NCBI RefSeq assembly: GCF_963921235.1
Contig: NC_086107.1
Location: 105,898,001 to 105,962,000, forward strand
Direction of reading: 5' to 3'
DNA: 64,000 nucleotides
DNA from: Mobula hypostoma
Taxonomy: Eukaryota
Shown: in pieces, positions 12,001-24,139 of the stretch
How positions within the stretch are numbered: the first letter of the stretch is position 1
Layout of the letters: each line of letters opens with the position of its first letter
The notes under the pieces: generated by a model
Told to the model about the DNA's origin: nothing
Seen by the model: only the letters and a program-made list of their open reading frames with translations
Databases searched by the model: none
Made by a program: the position numbers and the translations under genes

Positions 12001-15000
12001 CAGTGTGTGTGTGTGACCTGTTCCCCCAGTGAGGGTCAGTGTGTGTGTGACCTGTTCCCCCAGTGAGGGTCAGTGTGTGTGTGTGACCTGTTCCCCCAGT
12101 GAGGGTCTGTGTGTGTGTGTGACCTGTTCCCCCAGTGAGGGTCAGTGTGTGTGTGTGACCTGTTCCCCCAGTGAGGGTCAATGTGTGTGTGTGTGACCTG
12201 TTCCCCCAGTGAGTGTCAGTGTGTGTGTGTGACCTGTTCCCCCAGTGAGGGTCAGTGTGTGTGTGGGTCCTGTTCCCTCAGTGAGGGTCAGTGTGTGTGT
12301 GACCTGTTCCCCCAGTGAGGGTCAGTGTGTCTGTGACCTGTTCCCCCAGTGAGGGTCAGTGTGTGTGTGACCTATCCCCCAGTGAGGGTCAGTGTGTGTG
12401 TGTGACCTGTTCCCCCAGTGAGGGTCAGTGTGTGTGTGTGACCTGTTCCCCCAGTGAGGGTCAGTGTGTGTGTGTGACCTGTTCCCCCAGTGAGGGTCAG
12501 TGTTAGTCAGACCTGTTACCCCAGTGAGGGTCAGTGTGTGTGTGTGACCTGTTCCCCCAGTGAGGGTCAGTGTGTGTGTGTGACCTGTTCCCCCAGTGAG
12601 GGTCAGTGTGTGTGTGACCTGTTACCCCAGTGAGGGTCAGTGTGTGTGTGTGTGACCTGTTCCCTCAGTGAGGGTCAGTGTGTGTGTGACCTGTTACCCC
12701 AGTGAGGGTCAATGTGTGTGTGTGTGACCTGTTCCCCCAGTGAGAGTCAGTGTGTGTGTGTGACCTGTTCCCCCAGTGAGGGTCAGTGTGTGAGTATGAC
12801 CTGTTCCCCCAGTGAGGGTCATTGTGTGTTTGGGACCTATTCCCCCAGTGAGGGTCAGTGTGTGTGTGACCTGTTCCCCGAGTGAGGGTCATTGTGTGTG
12901 TGACCTGTTCCCCCAGTGAGGGTCAGTGTGTGTGTGTTACCTGTTCCCCCAGTGAGGGTCAGTGTGTGTGTGTGTGACCTGTTCCCCCAGTGAGGGTCAG
13001 TGTGTGTGTGTGACCTGTTCCCCCAGTGAGGGTCAGTGTGTGTGTGTGTGACCTGTTCCCCCAGTGAGGGTCAGTGTGTGTGTGTGTGACCTGTTCCCCC
13101 AGTGAGGGTCAGTGTGTGTGTGTGACCTGTTCCCCCAGTGAGGGTCAGTGTGTGTGTGTGTGACCTGTTACCCCAGTGAGGGTCAGTGTGTGTGTGTGAC
13201 CTGTTACCCCAGTGAGGGTCACTGTTAGTGTGACCTGTTCTACCAATGACAGTCAGTGTGTGTGAGGGACCGTCCCCCAGTGAGGGTCAGTGTGTGTGTT
13301 TGACCTGTTCCCCCAGTGAGGGTCAGTGTGTGGATGTGACTTGTTACCCCAGTGAGGGTCAGTGTGTGTGTGTGACCTGTTCCCACAGTGAGGGTCAGTG
13401 TGCGTGTGACCTGTTCCCCCAGTGAGGGTCAGTGTGTGTGTGTGACCTGTTCCCACAGTGAGGGTCAGTGTGCGTGTGACCTGTTCCCACAGTGAGGGTC
13501 AGTGTGTGTGTGACCTGTTCCCCCAGTGAGGGTCAGTGTGTGTGTGTGACCTGTTCCCACAGTGAGGGTCAGTGTGCGTGTGACCTGTTCCCACAGTGAG
13601 GGTCAGTGTGTGTGTGACCTGTTCCCCCAGTGAGGGTCAGTGTGTGTGTGACCTGTTCCCCCAGTGAGGGTCAGTGTGTGTGTGACCTGTTCCCCCAGTG
13701 AGGGTCAGTGTGTGTGTGACCTGTTCCCCCAGTGAGGGTCAGTGTGTGTGTGGGACCTGTTCCCCCAGTGAGGGTCAGTGTGTGTGTGACCTGTTCCCCC
13801 AGTGAGGGTCAGTGTGTGTGTGTGACCTGTTCCCCCAGTGAGGGTCAGTGTGTCTGTGACCTGTTCTCCCAGCGAGAGTCAGTGTGTGTGTGACCTGATC
13901 CCCCAGTAAGTATCAGTGTGCATGTGTGACCTGTTACCCCAGTGAGGGTCAGTGTGTGTGTGTGTGACCTGTTCCCCCAGTGAGGGTCAGTGTGTGTGTG
14001 TGTGACCTGTTCCCCCAGTGAGGGTCAGTGTGTGTGTGACCTGTTCCCCCAGTGAGGGTCAGTGTGTGTGTGTGACCTGTTCCCCCAGTGAGGGTCAGTG
14101 TGTGTGTGTGACCTGTTCCCCCAGTGAGGGTCAGTGTGTGTGTGTGACCTGTTCCCCCAGTGAGGGTCAATGTGTGTGTGTGTGACCTGTTCCCCCAGTG
14201 AGGGTCAGTGTGTGTGTGTGACCTGTTCCCCCAGTGAGGGTCAGTGTGTGTGTGGGTCCTGTTCCCCCAGTGAGGGTCAGTGTGTGTGTGACCTGTCCCC
14301 CAGTGAGGGTCAGTGTGTGTGTGTGTGACCTGTTCCCCCAGTGAGGGTCAGTGTGTGTGTGACCTGTTCCCCCAGTGAGGGTCAGTGTGTGTGTGGGACC
14401 TGTTCCCCCAGTGAGGGTCAGTGTGTGTGTGTGACCTGTTCCCCCAGTGAGGGTCAGTGTGTGTGTGTGACCTGTTCCCCCAGTGAGGGTCAGTGTGTGT
14501 GTGTGTGACCTGTTCCCCCAGTGAGGGTCAGTGTGTGTGTGACCTGTTCCCCCAGTGAGGGTCAGTGTGTGTGTGTGACCTGTTCCCCCAGTGAGGGTCA
14601 GTGTGTGTGTGTGTGACCTGTTCCCCCAGTGAGGGTCAGTGTGTGTGTGTGTGTCCTGTTCCCCCAGTGAGGGTCAGTGTGTGTGTGTGTGTGTGTGTGA
14701 CCTGTCCCCCAGTGAGGGTCAGTGTGTGTGTGTGACCTGTTCCCCCAGTGAGGGTCAGTGTGTGTGTGTGACCTGTTCCCCCAGTGAGGGTCAGTGTGTG
14801 TGTGGGACCTGTTCCCCCAGTGAGGGTCAGTGTGTGTGTGTGACCTGTTCCCCCAGTGAGGGTCAGTGTGTGTGTGACCTGTTCCCCCAGTGAGGGTCAG
14901 TGTGTGTGTGTGACCTGTTCCCCCAGTGAGGGTCAGTGTGTGTGTGTGACCTGTTCCCCCAGTGAGGGTCAGTGTGTGTGTGTGACCTGTTCCCCCAGTG

Positions 15001-15376
15001 AGGGTCAGTGTGTGTGTGTGTGACCTGTTCCCCCAGTGAGGGTCAGTGTGTGTGTGTGTGTCCTGTTCCCCCAGTGAGGGTCAGTGTGTGTGTGTGACCT
15101 GTTCCCCCAGTGAGGGTCAGTGTGTGTGTGTGTGACCTGTTCCCCCAGTGAGGGTCAGTGTGTGTGTGTGACCTGTTCCCCCAGTGAGAGTCAGTGTGTG
15201 TGTGACCTGTTCCCCCAGTGAGGGTCAGTGTGTGTGTGTGGGTCCTGTTCCCCCAGTGAGTTTCAGTGGGTGTGTGACCTGTTCCTCCAGTGAGGGTCTG
15301 TGTGTGTGTGGGACCTGTTCCCCCAGTGAGAGTCAGTGTGTGTGTGTGACCTGTCCCCCAGTGAGTGTTTGTGTGT
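1..15376. repeat. Tandem satellite: about 24-bp core GACCTGTTCCCCCAGTGAGGGTCA separated by variable (GT)n, monomer about 34-46 bp, roughly 400 copies; runs off the left edge of the window
   Basis: Directly visible periodicity. All Cys/Val-rich and His/Thr-rich ORFs in 1-15400 are translations of this monomer. Confidence 0.98.
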
Positions 15377-15756
15377 TTCTGGAACCCATCACCCTAGTGT
15401 GAAGCAATACCTGTGGAATCCCTGCACAGCTGTACTCAATGTCTATGGACCTGGCACCCAGGTAGGATTTCAGTATCGCTAGGGCTGTACCCCAGTGATA
15501 TTAAGAGTGTGGGAGTCCTGTATCCCAATGGACATCAGTGATTGTAGTCCGATTCCCATCTGTAATTGGGTACCTCTGGAACCCATACCAAGTGAGACAC
15601 AGGTTTTATGTAACCCATTTTCCTGGGGAAGTACTATTTATGTTCTACTGATAGGTGATCAACAAATTAACATAGTTTTCAATGTACCTGATTTGTACAT
15701 CACATTAAACATGCGTAATGATGAAATCAAAGTAGTAAACAGAAAATATTACTCAC

Positions 15757-16813
15757 CCTGAATTACTACTGTCACTGGAATCACTAGAATCATTAGATTC
15801 ACTGTTTTCACTGGAGTCATTGGATCCATTTGAGTCATCTGAATCATTAGAGTCATTGGAATCACTGGAGGCACTGGAATCTTGGGAGCCACTGCTTTCA
15901 TTGGAGTTACTGGAATCGCTTGAGTCACCAGAATCACTTGAACCTTTTCCTCCACTGGAGTCATTGTTATCATCAGAGTCATTTGAGTCACTGGAATCAT
16001 TGGAGTCTCCAGAATCACTGCTATCTGCAGAATCATTAGAGTCACTGCTGTCACCAGCAACTCCAGAATCACTGCCGTCACTGGAATCATCTGAATCACT
16101 GCCATCACTGGAATCATTAGAATCACTGCTGTCACCAGAGTCATCGGAATCACTGTTATCACTGGAGTCATCAGAATCACTGCCATCACTGGAGTCATCA
16201 GAATCACTGCCATCACTGGAGTCATCAGAATCGCTGCTGTCACTGGAGTCATCGGAATCACTGCCATCACTGGAGTCATCGGAATCACTGCTGTCACTGG
16301 AGTCACCTGAATTGCTGCTGTCACTGGAGTCATCAGAATCGCTGCTGTCACTGGAGTCACCTGAATCGCTGCTGTCACTGGAGTCATTGGAATCGCTGCT
16401 GTCACTGGAGTCACCTGAATCGCTGCTGTCACTGGAGTCATCAGAGTCACTGCTATCACTGGAGTCATCAGAGTCACTGCTATCACTGGAGTCATCGGAA
16501 TCACTGCTGTCATTGGAGTCATCAGAGTCACTACTATCACTGGAGTCATCGGAATCACTGCTGTCACTGGAGTCATCGGAATCACTGCTGTCATTGGAGT
16601 CATCGGAATCACTGCTGTCACTGGAGTCATCAGAATCACTGCTGCCACTGGAGCCATCAGAATCACTGCTATCGCTAGAGTCACTGCTGTCACTGGAGTC
16701 ATCGGAATCACTGCTATCACCAGAGTCACTGGAGTCACTGCTATCACTGGAATCACTGCTATCACTGGAATCACTGCTATCGCTGGAATCACTAGAATCT
16801 CCCTCTCCAGTCC
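15757..16813 (-). CDS. Exon 4 of a secreted Asp/Ser-rich (phosphophoryn/DSPP-like) protein, about 352 aa, mostly (SSDSSDSDD)n from a 27-bp unit
   Basis: Minus-strand acceptor ttttgttattttgtattccAG|GG ACT GGA GAG (phase 1, matches exon 3). Open frame [11 protein letters not shown]...SSNSG with synonymous variation between units. Ends at TCA GG|GTGAGT (phase-2 donor), or reads on to TGA at 15753-15755. Confidence 0.9.
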
Positions 16814-17600
16814 CTGGAATACAAAATAACAAAATTTAGGTTCAATTTATGAATAAGCCGTTTTGCACAGCTGACATAACAGTGGCATTAAATATGTTTG
16901 ATCTCATGGAGCATACAGGAATTACATGTGACCTTTGAATCGTCTGTCCAGTGGTGGTTCACCTTCCTGATTGTCATCATCGATCCAGTCAGGGCCCAGA
17001 AGTTCATGGCCACATTTGTTGCCAGGCACTGCCACGGAGCGTTAATGGCACCAGCACATAATGCAGCAAATCCTGTCATCGTCAATCTCCAGTGCAGCAA
17101 GGTATCACTCGCTGCAGCGTCCAGTGCAACAGAGCATCGCACGTCACAGCAGGCAGCACGACAGAGCATGGAAGCCACCCGCAGTCCTGGACCAGAGTCA
17201 TTAACCATGCCTCTCTCCCCCCAGCAAGTGACTGAATGTTTCCAGCATGTCAGCATGGAACATAGAACATGAAAGCACAGGACAGGCCCTTCGGTCCATG
17301 ATGTTGTGCCAGCCTTTTAACCTACTCCAAGGTCAACCTTACACTTCCCTCCTGCATCGCCCAAAGCTCTCCATTTGCCTTTCATCTCTGTGTCTACCTA
17401 GAAGTCTCTCAAATGTCCCTAACGTATCTGCCTCTACTGCCCTCCCTGGCAGTGTGCTCCCAGCACCCACCACTCCCTTACCTCTGACATCCCTTCGATC
17501 ACAGCTGACTTATTTTCCCCCACAACCCCGTCCTCCTGTCTTCTCTCCATAACCTTTGACACACTTACTAATTGTGAATCCATCAACCTCCGCTTTAAAC

Positions 17601-17915
17601 ATAGATAGATAGATAGATAGATAGACATACTTTATTGATACCGAGGGAAATTGAGTTTCATTACAGTTGCACCAACCAAGAATAGAGTGTAAATATAGCA
17701 ATATAAAACCATAAATAATTAAATAATAATATGTAAATTATGCCAGATGGAAATAAGTCCAGGACCAGCCTATTGGCTCAGGGTGTCTGACCCTCCAAGG
17801 GAGGAGTTGTAAAGTTTGATGGCCACAGGCAGGAATGACTTCCTATGACGCTCTGTGTTGCATCTCGGTGGAATGAGTCTCTGGCTGAATGTACTCCCGT
17901 GCCCAACCAGTACAT
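17601..17915 (-). mobile_element. 3' end of a Rex1/Babar-type LINE with (TATC)n tail
   Basis: Encodes ...IPPRCNTERHRKSFLPVAIKLYNSS. A related copy is split at 25905-25985 and 26452-26595. Confidence 0.65.
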
Positions 17916-18734
17916 ACCCAGTGACTTGGCCTCCACAACTGTCTGTGACAAAGAATTCCTCAGATTCACCACCCTCTGACTGAAGAAATCCCTCCTCATT
18001 TACTTTTTGGCTGGTTTGACACAGCATTATGAGCCAAGGGGCCTGTTTCTGTGCTGTACTGTTCCATGTTCTATGAGATACCCTCAAGGTCCCAATTATC
18101 CTTCCTGATGACCATTCTGAGTATTCAGGATGTCAGCAGCAGAAAAACTGGAGCAGCTGTTAGAGCCATTGCTTCAGAGCTCCAGAGACACGGGTTCAAT
18201 CCTGACCACAGGATCTGTTCGTGCGGAGTTTGCGCGTTCTCCCCTGTGACCGGGTGAGTTTGCTCCTACACCTCAAGGTGGTGCGGGTTGGTAGGTTAAT
18301 TGGCCACTGTAACCAGTCTCTAGCGTGAAGGAGAGTGATAGAATCTGCAGCGAGTTGATGGGAAATGGGGAGAATAACAAATTGTTTCACATAGGAGTAT
18401 GTAGAAACAAGTGCTTGATTAATCAGCATGGATTTGATGGGCCGAAGGGCCTGGTCTATGCTGTAGCTAAATTTCTATTCACCAACACATCCTGTGGTTC
18501 TCCATTTGGTCGCTTGGTCCCTCAGGAAACTTATCTCTCTCATGGTGGTCCTTGCCCACATTACTGGCCCTACCTACCCCATCGTTTGACCTTTTGCACC
18601 GGAATGTTTCCCCATTTGGGACAACTCTTCCGGAGAGGTTGAGAATGAGCTACCTCTGGAACTCAGGCCCACTCAGAGTGTAACACGGCGGGAAGTGGCT
18701 GGTGAGACCAGAGGAGAGGAGTCAGGTGACCTAC

Positions 18735-18890
18735 CTCCGTGCCCATCGCCGTATCCCTGTCCTTTCACACTCCCTTCCCAGCCTCCGTGCCAGTGGCCAG
18801 TCCCGACGTCGTACCCATTCCCATTGTAGTCTCCTTTTCCTGCGCCTGTGCCACGTCCATATCCATGTCCAGCCCCGTTCCCGGTGGACT
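18735..18890 (-). CDS. Exon 3 (156 bp, phase 1-1): ESTGNGAGHGYGRGTGAGKGDYNGNGYDVGTGHWHGGWEGSVKGQGYGDGHGG
   Basis: Acceptor cttctatttcAG|AG TCC ACC and donor CAC GGA G|GTAGGT. Length is a multiple of 3 and the frame is open. This frame is not listed in the ORF track. Confidence 0.85.
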
Positions 18891-19200
18891 CTGAAATAGA
18901 AGCGATTCATTGAAATAGGGGAGGAGTGGAAACTGACCGAGCTGCCACGTACGTATATCATGGGCAAAGCGTTGGCCACTGGGAGCTGGATAGAAAGTGT
19001 CTGGAGGATTATGGGACACGTGCAGGCAGATGGGGTGAGCTGACAACCGGCACGGACGGGTCAGGCCGAAAGGCCTGTTGCCATGCTGTAGGACTCCATG
19101 ATTCCAGCTCGCTGGGCTCTGAAATCTCCGCCCCTGGCAAGCATTAGCTGAATCATGAAGCTGCCAACTCACTGTGAGAGAAGAGAGGTTGGACACTCAC

Positions 19201-19401
19201 CACCGCTGTCGTCACCGTGGCTATTGTTATCTCCGCTATCGCTGCTTTCGGCGCTGTATCCATTGCCGTAGCCGTAGCCATTGTCATACCCGTTGCCATA
19301 GCCGTAGCCATTGTCATACCCGTTACCGTAGCCGTAATTACCTCCATCGCTTTCATTACTGTCACTCTCAGCACTGCGCCGTGCCAAAGCATGGCCAAGA
19401 T
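19201..19401 (-). CDS. Exon 2 (201 bp, phase 1-1): HLGHALARRSAESDSNESDGGNYGYGNGYDNGYGYGNGYDNGYGYGNGYSAESSDSGDNNSHGDDSG
   Basis: Acceptor cccttctctctgattccAG|AT CTT GGC and donor AGC GGT G|GTGAGT. Overlaps ORF 19169..19387. Contains a 30-bp internal repeat. Confidence 0.88.
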
Positions 19402-19929
19402 CTGGAATCAGAGAGAAGGGACATTAGGATGGGGAGGGTGGCACACTTGGTATCCATTGAATACCTACGCACCATGTGACTATTCTGCAACGCTGTCACC
19501 GTCAACCAGGCGCTAGTAAATTTCAACCAATCAGTGACGCCATGGCCTGAAGCTCCTCAGTGATTGGTGCAAGCCAATGACTGACAGGGACCTCAATGCC
19601 TGATGGTATTGATATAGGTTTACTGCTGTCACATGTACCTGGGTTCAACGAGAAGCTTGTCTTGCATACTTATCATACCGATCAAATCATTGCACAGTAT
19701 ATCGAGGTAAATCTGGTAAACCGGAGAAAGCACAGTGCAGGTAAACAATAAAATGCAAGATCATAACGAGGAGGATTGTGAGGTCAAGAGTTCACCTTAT
19801 TGTCCATGAGGTCTGTTCAAGAGTCTGTTGGTAAATACGTAAAAAATGATAGCAAGTAGCTTTTCATTCATGATTCCCTGATTTGGCTCTTACATGAGAC
19901 CCATTGAACTGAGAAAAGATAAAGTGCAG

Positions 19930-20200
19930 GGTGAGCCCAGCCTGTCCCTGGGCCACTAGACTGACTGGCTCAGTTGGGGGATCTCCTGGGCCTGGCCTTG
20001 GTGACCATCCAGGGGCCCAGGTGGCAGGCAGTCAAGAACACAGCCTACGCCAGTTGCCTGCCTCACATCTGTGGTTATGTTTGTGCCTGAGTGCCCCTGG
20101 GCAAGGAGCACGTGGTATCCACTGTGACACTGGGGTCTTCCAGGACCAGTGGGCATCACATGGGTTTGAGTCTGGTTTGGATATTGATGAAAGAGTTGTA
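19930..20200 (+). mobile_element. Degenerate Tx1/L1-type LINE ORF2 C-terminal fragment
   Basis: Broken peptide resembling LLGLAKVAI...GYVRARVSLEREHAVST...F.DRWA; recognised from memory only. Confidence 0.35.
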
Positions 20201-20304
20201 ATTTGAAGTTATTAAGCTTTTTTTTTGACTTTTAGGTTGAATGTGGGTTTGAACTTAGCTTTGGATTTGGATTTGAATGTAGCTTTGTAAAAATGTAAGA
20301 CGAT

Positions 20305-20800
20305 AAGACCATAAGATATAGGAGCAGAAATAGGCCATTTGGCCCATCAGGTCTGCTCCACCATTTCATCATGGCTGATCCATTTTCCCTCTCAGCCCCA
20401 ATCTCCTGCCTTCTCCCTGTATCCCTACATGCCCTGACCAATCAAGAATCTGTCAGCCTCTGCCTTAAATATACACAGTGACTTGGCCTCCACAGCCGCC
20501 TGTGGCAACGAATTCCACAGATTCACCACTCTCTGGCTAAGAAATTCGTCCTCATCTCCATTCTAAATGGACATCCCTAATTCTGAGGCTGTGTCTTCTG
20601 GTCTTGGACTTCCCCCACCATAGGAAACATCTTTACTATATCCACTCTATCAAGGCCTTTCAACATTCGATGGATTTCAATGAGATTCCCCCCCCCCTTC
20701 TGAATTCTAATGAAAACAGGCCTAGAGCCATCAAACACTCTTTATATGCCTTTCAATTCCCGGATCATTTTTGTGAACTTCTTTTGAACCTTCTCCAATA
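20305..20800 (-). mobile_element. CR1-type LINE 3' fragment
   Basis: 3' UTR motif (atcagccatgat...gatgggccaaatggcct...ctgctcctatatcttatggtct tail) shared with the CR1 copies at 24140, 44070 and 47100. Confidence 0.7.
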
Positions 20801-23800
20801 ATGACGCCATAATCACAGAATAAACCTCCTTTGGAAAAGGTCAGAAGAAGCAAGTAGCCTAGTCAATCTCAGGTGAACTGACTGGGACCGAGCTCCAGTA
20901 TCGCCTGAAGCCTGCAGTCCATCCGAGAGTAACTCGGGAAGTTCTGTGATGAGAAATGGAAAACGCACAGTAACACACACAAAACGCTGGAGGAACTCAG
21001 CAGGTCAGGCAGTGTCCATGGGGAGGAATAAAGAGTCGACGTTTCAGGCTGAGACCTTTCACCAAGAATGGAAAGAAGAGGAGAAGAATGCAGGATCAGA
21101 AGGCAGGAGAGAAGGGGGGTGAAACTGATGACTTCCTGGCTAAGTTTAGGGACAATGTAAAGATAGGTGGAGGAGTAGATAGTGTTGAGGAAGCAGAGAG
21201 GCTGCAGGAGGACTAGACTAGGAGAATGGACAAGGAGGTGGCAGTGTCAGGAAGTGTATGATCGTGCACTCTGGTAGTAGGAATAAAAGCATAGATTATT
21301 TTCCAAACAGCCAGAACATGACTGGAAGTTAGAGAACTTAATGAAAATGTTGTCAGGTTGGAGGCTAGCCATTCAGAATACCCTCTATTTACCCTTTGGT
21401 TTCCTTCTATAGCTGTCAAACATATTTATTCAAATCTGCCTGAAACCCCAGTCTGTGGAAGAGCTTATTAAGAACGAGAGCCTCTTTCGCCTCTCCCCAG
21501 CTTTTTTTTTATTTTGGCATTTTCCCCCTTCCTTCTCAGTCCTGAAGAAGGGTTTCAGCCCAAAACGTCGACTGTTTTTACTTTTCCACAGACGCTGCCT
21601 GACCTGCGGAGTTCCTCAGTATTTTGCGTGCGTTGCCCAAGAGGTATAGGCGCAAGAGGGGGTAAGGAGTTTTAAAGGCCGTCTGAGGGGGTCAGTTTTT
21701 TTTTTACACAGAGTGGTTGATAGTTGGAACACGCTGAAAGAGGAGGTGGTGGATTCAATTACAGTTATTACATTTGGATAGGATAACAGAATAATAACTG
21801 TTCCTGGATCAGGTGGTGTGGGTCCTGAGGCTCTTTTACTTTATTTGCTGCTGCCATTAGGAACCTCTGTCACAGGAAAGCAGGGACCCCCATTACCCAG
21901 GCTCTGGTCCCTTTCTACTGCTGCCATCAGGAAGAATGTACAGGAGCCTCGGGACTTACATCACCAAGTCCAGGAATAGTTACCACCCCTCAACCATCAG
22001 GCCCTGATCTAGAGGGGGTAACTTCACTCACCCCATCACTGAACTGTTGCCACAACCCATGGACTCACTTTCAAGGACTCTTCATCTCATGTTCTCGATA
22101 TTTAAGGCATCTGTTAGTCTTGCGGGACCATGGATCTGCGCCTGGAAAGTCTTCACTCTCCAAGGCGCAGGCCTGGGCAAGGTTGTATGGAAGACCAGCA
22201 GTTGCCCATGCTGCAAGTCTCCCCTCTCCATGACACCAATGTTGTCCAAGGGAAGGGCAGTAGGACCCATACAGCTTGGCACCAGTGTCGTCGCAGAACA
22301 CTGTGTGATTAAGTGCCTTGCTCAAGGACACAACACGTTGCCTCGGCTGGGGCTCGAATTCACGACCTTCAGGTCGCTAGTCCAATGCCTTAACCACTTG
22401 GCCATGTGCCCAGTCTTGATATTTATTGCTTATTAATTATTTATTTATTATTTTTGCTCCTTGCACAGTTGCTTGTCTTTTGCACATTGGATGTTTGTCC
22501 ATCCCGTTGGGTGCCATCTTTCATTGATTCTATTATGTTTCGTGGACTTACTATGAATGCCCACAAGAAAATGAATCTCAGGGTTGAATATGGTGACGTA
22601 TATGTACTTGGATAATAAATTTACTTCGAACTTTGAACCTAGAATATAAATAGGGAGGGCACAGGTGGATATATCCTAAAGTGAGTAAATGGGCTTTACA
22701 TCAATTGGTGGAAAAGATCAACATGGACACAGTGATCCAAAGGCCAGTTTCTGTGCTCTACAGTTCTATATGACAGTGGGTGTCCTTGTAGGCACAACAC
22801 ACCGATATAACATGAACACCACAAGCAGTTCACATGGCTCCCTCTATTGCAAGAGGGTTGGAATTCTTAGGAAAGTCTTGCTGTTGTTTTATACATCTCT
22901 GGCGAAATCATTCCCGGTCTAACATAGAACACAGAACAGTACAACACAGCAAGACTGTGCTGACCTTTTAACCTACCCTAAGATCAATCTAACCCTTTCC
23001 TCCCACATAGCCCTCCATTTGTCTCTGATCCACCTAAAAGTCTCATAAATCTCTCTAGTATTTCTGCCTCTACCACTATCCTCAGCATGCATTCCACGCA
23101 CACGTCATTCTCTGTCACAACCACAGATTCGACAGCGCTGTAGATACGGCAATTGCGCTCATGGATATGTACATGTGAGCTAATTATTATTTCATAGTGA
23201 TCGTATTTAACTCCATTCATTCCGTCGTAGTATTTGTCGAGACTTGGACACAGCAACACTTCGCTGCCTGCTTGCATTCCGCCTTGCCTGAGAAATTGGA
23301 CTGTCAAGTCAACTGACTCTGGAAACTCTGAAGCTTCAGTGTCTCTCACTCCGCACTTGGGCCATATCCGAACCCAGTGACAATTCTCTGTGTAAAAAGA
23401 GACTACCTCTGACATCCCTCCCTATACGTTCCTCCAATCACCTTAAAATTATGCCACCTCGTAATAGCCAGATCACAAAGTACTCCAGCAGGTGATTAGG
23501 CTGGGAAGGCTCAGCTCATCATGGGGACCCAACTACCAGATTTGGAAACAATCTTCAACTCTCGAAGACAACAGTGAGCTCGCAACAGTATTAAAGACCC
23601 ATCCCACCCCAGACTCTGTCTGTTCAATCTCCTGTCATCGGGTAAGAGGCACAGAAACATCTTAGCGAAGACAATAAGACTGAAAAACAGCTTCTTTCCA
23701 AGGGCTGTTGTGCAGCTGAGTAATGCCACACCCCGGCTTGCCAATGGCCCCTGTGTGTTATGAACTGTTAAAGTCACTTGCTGCATGTAAACATGGGAAT

Positions 23801-24139
23801 TTTAGCTATTTATTTATTCATTTGTTTGTTTGTTTGCTTGTTTATCTATCTATTTATTTATTCAAGAGCTGAAGGTCATGGGTTAAGGGTGAAAGGTGAA
23901 ATATTTAAGGGGAACATCTTCACTCAGGGGATGGTGAGGTTGTGGAACAAACTGACAGTGGAAGTGGTGGATGCAAGTTCAATTTCAACATTGAAGAGAA
24001 ACTTGGTTAGGTACATGGATGGGGGAGGGGTACGGAGGGATATGGTCCAGGTCCAGGTTGATAGGATGAGGCAGAATAATAGCTCAGCATGGACTAGATG
24101 GGCCAAAGGGTCTACTGTAGTTCCTTATGACTCATCCTT

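Noticed and set aside
1..15376. CRISPR-like array, or Cys-rich/His-rich proteins from the many short ORFs
   Set aside because: The spacers are just (GT)n, there are no cas genes and the context is eukaryotic. Frames shift with every change in GT length.
15753..16832. Bacterial SD-repeat adhesin (Sdr/Clf type)
   Set aside because: Spliceosomal exon structure, no LPXTG anchor, and vertebrate repeats all around.
15749..16839. Alternative ORFs (MTPVTAVIP)n on minus and (SLESSESLL)n on plus
   Set aside because: These are shadow frames of the 27-bp repeat. Only the Asp/Ser frame fits the splice phase and upstream exons, and variation is mostly synonymous in that frame.
20820..20965. Extra exon in intron 1 after a strong minus-strand acceptor (ttttccatttctcatcacag)
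   Set aside because: No convincing donor before an in-frame stop. The same applies to the acceptor-like site near 26753.
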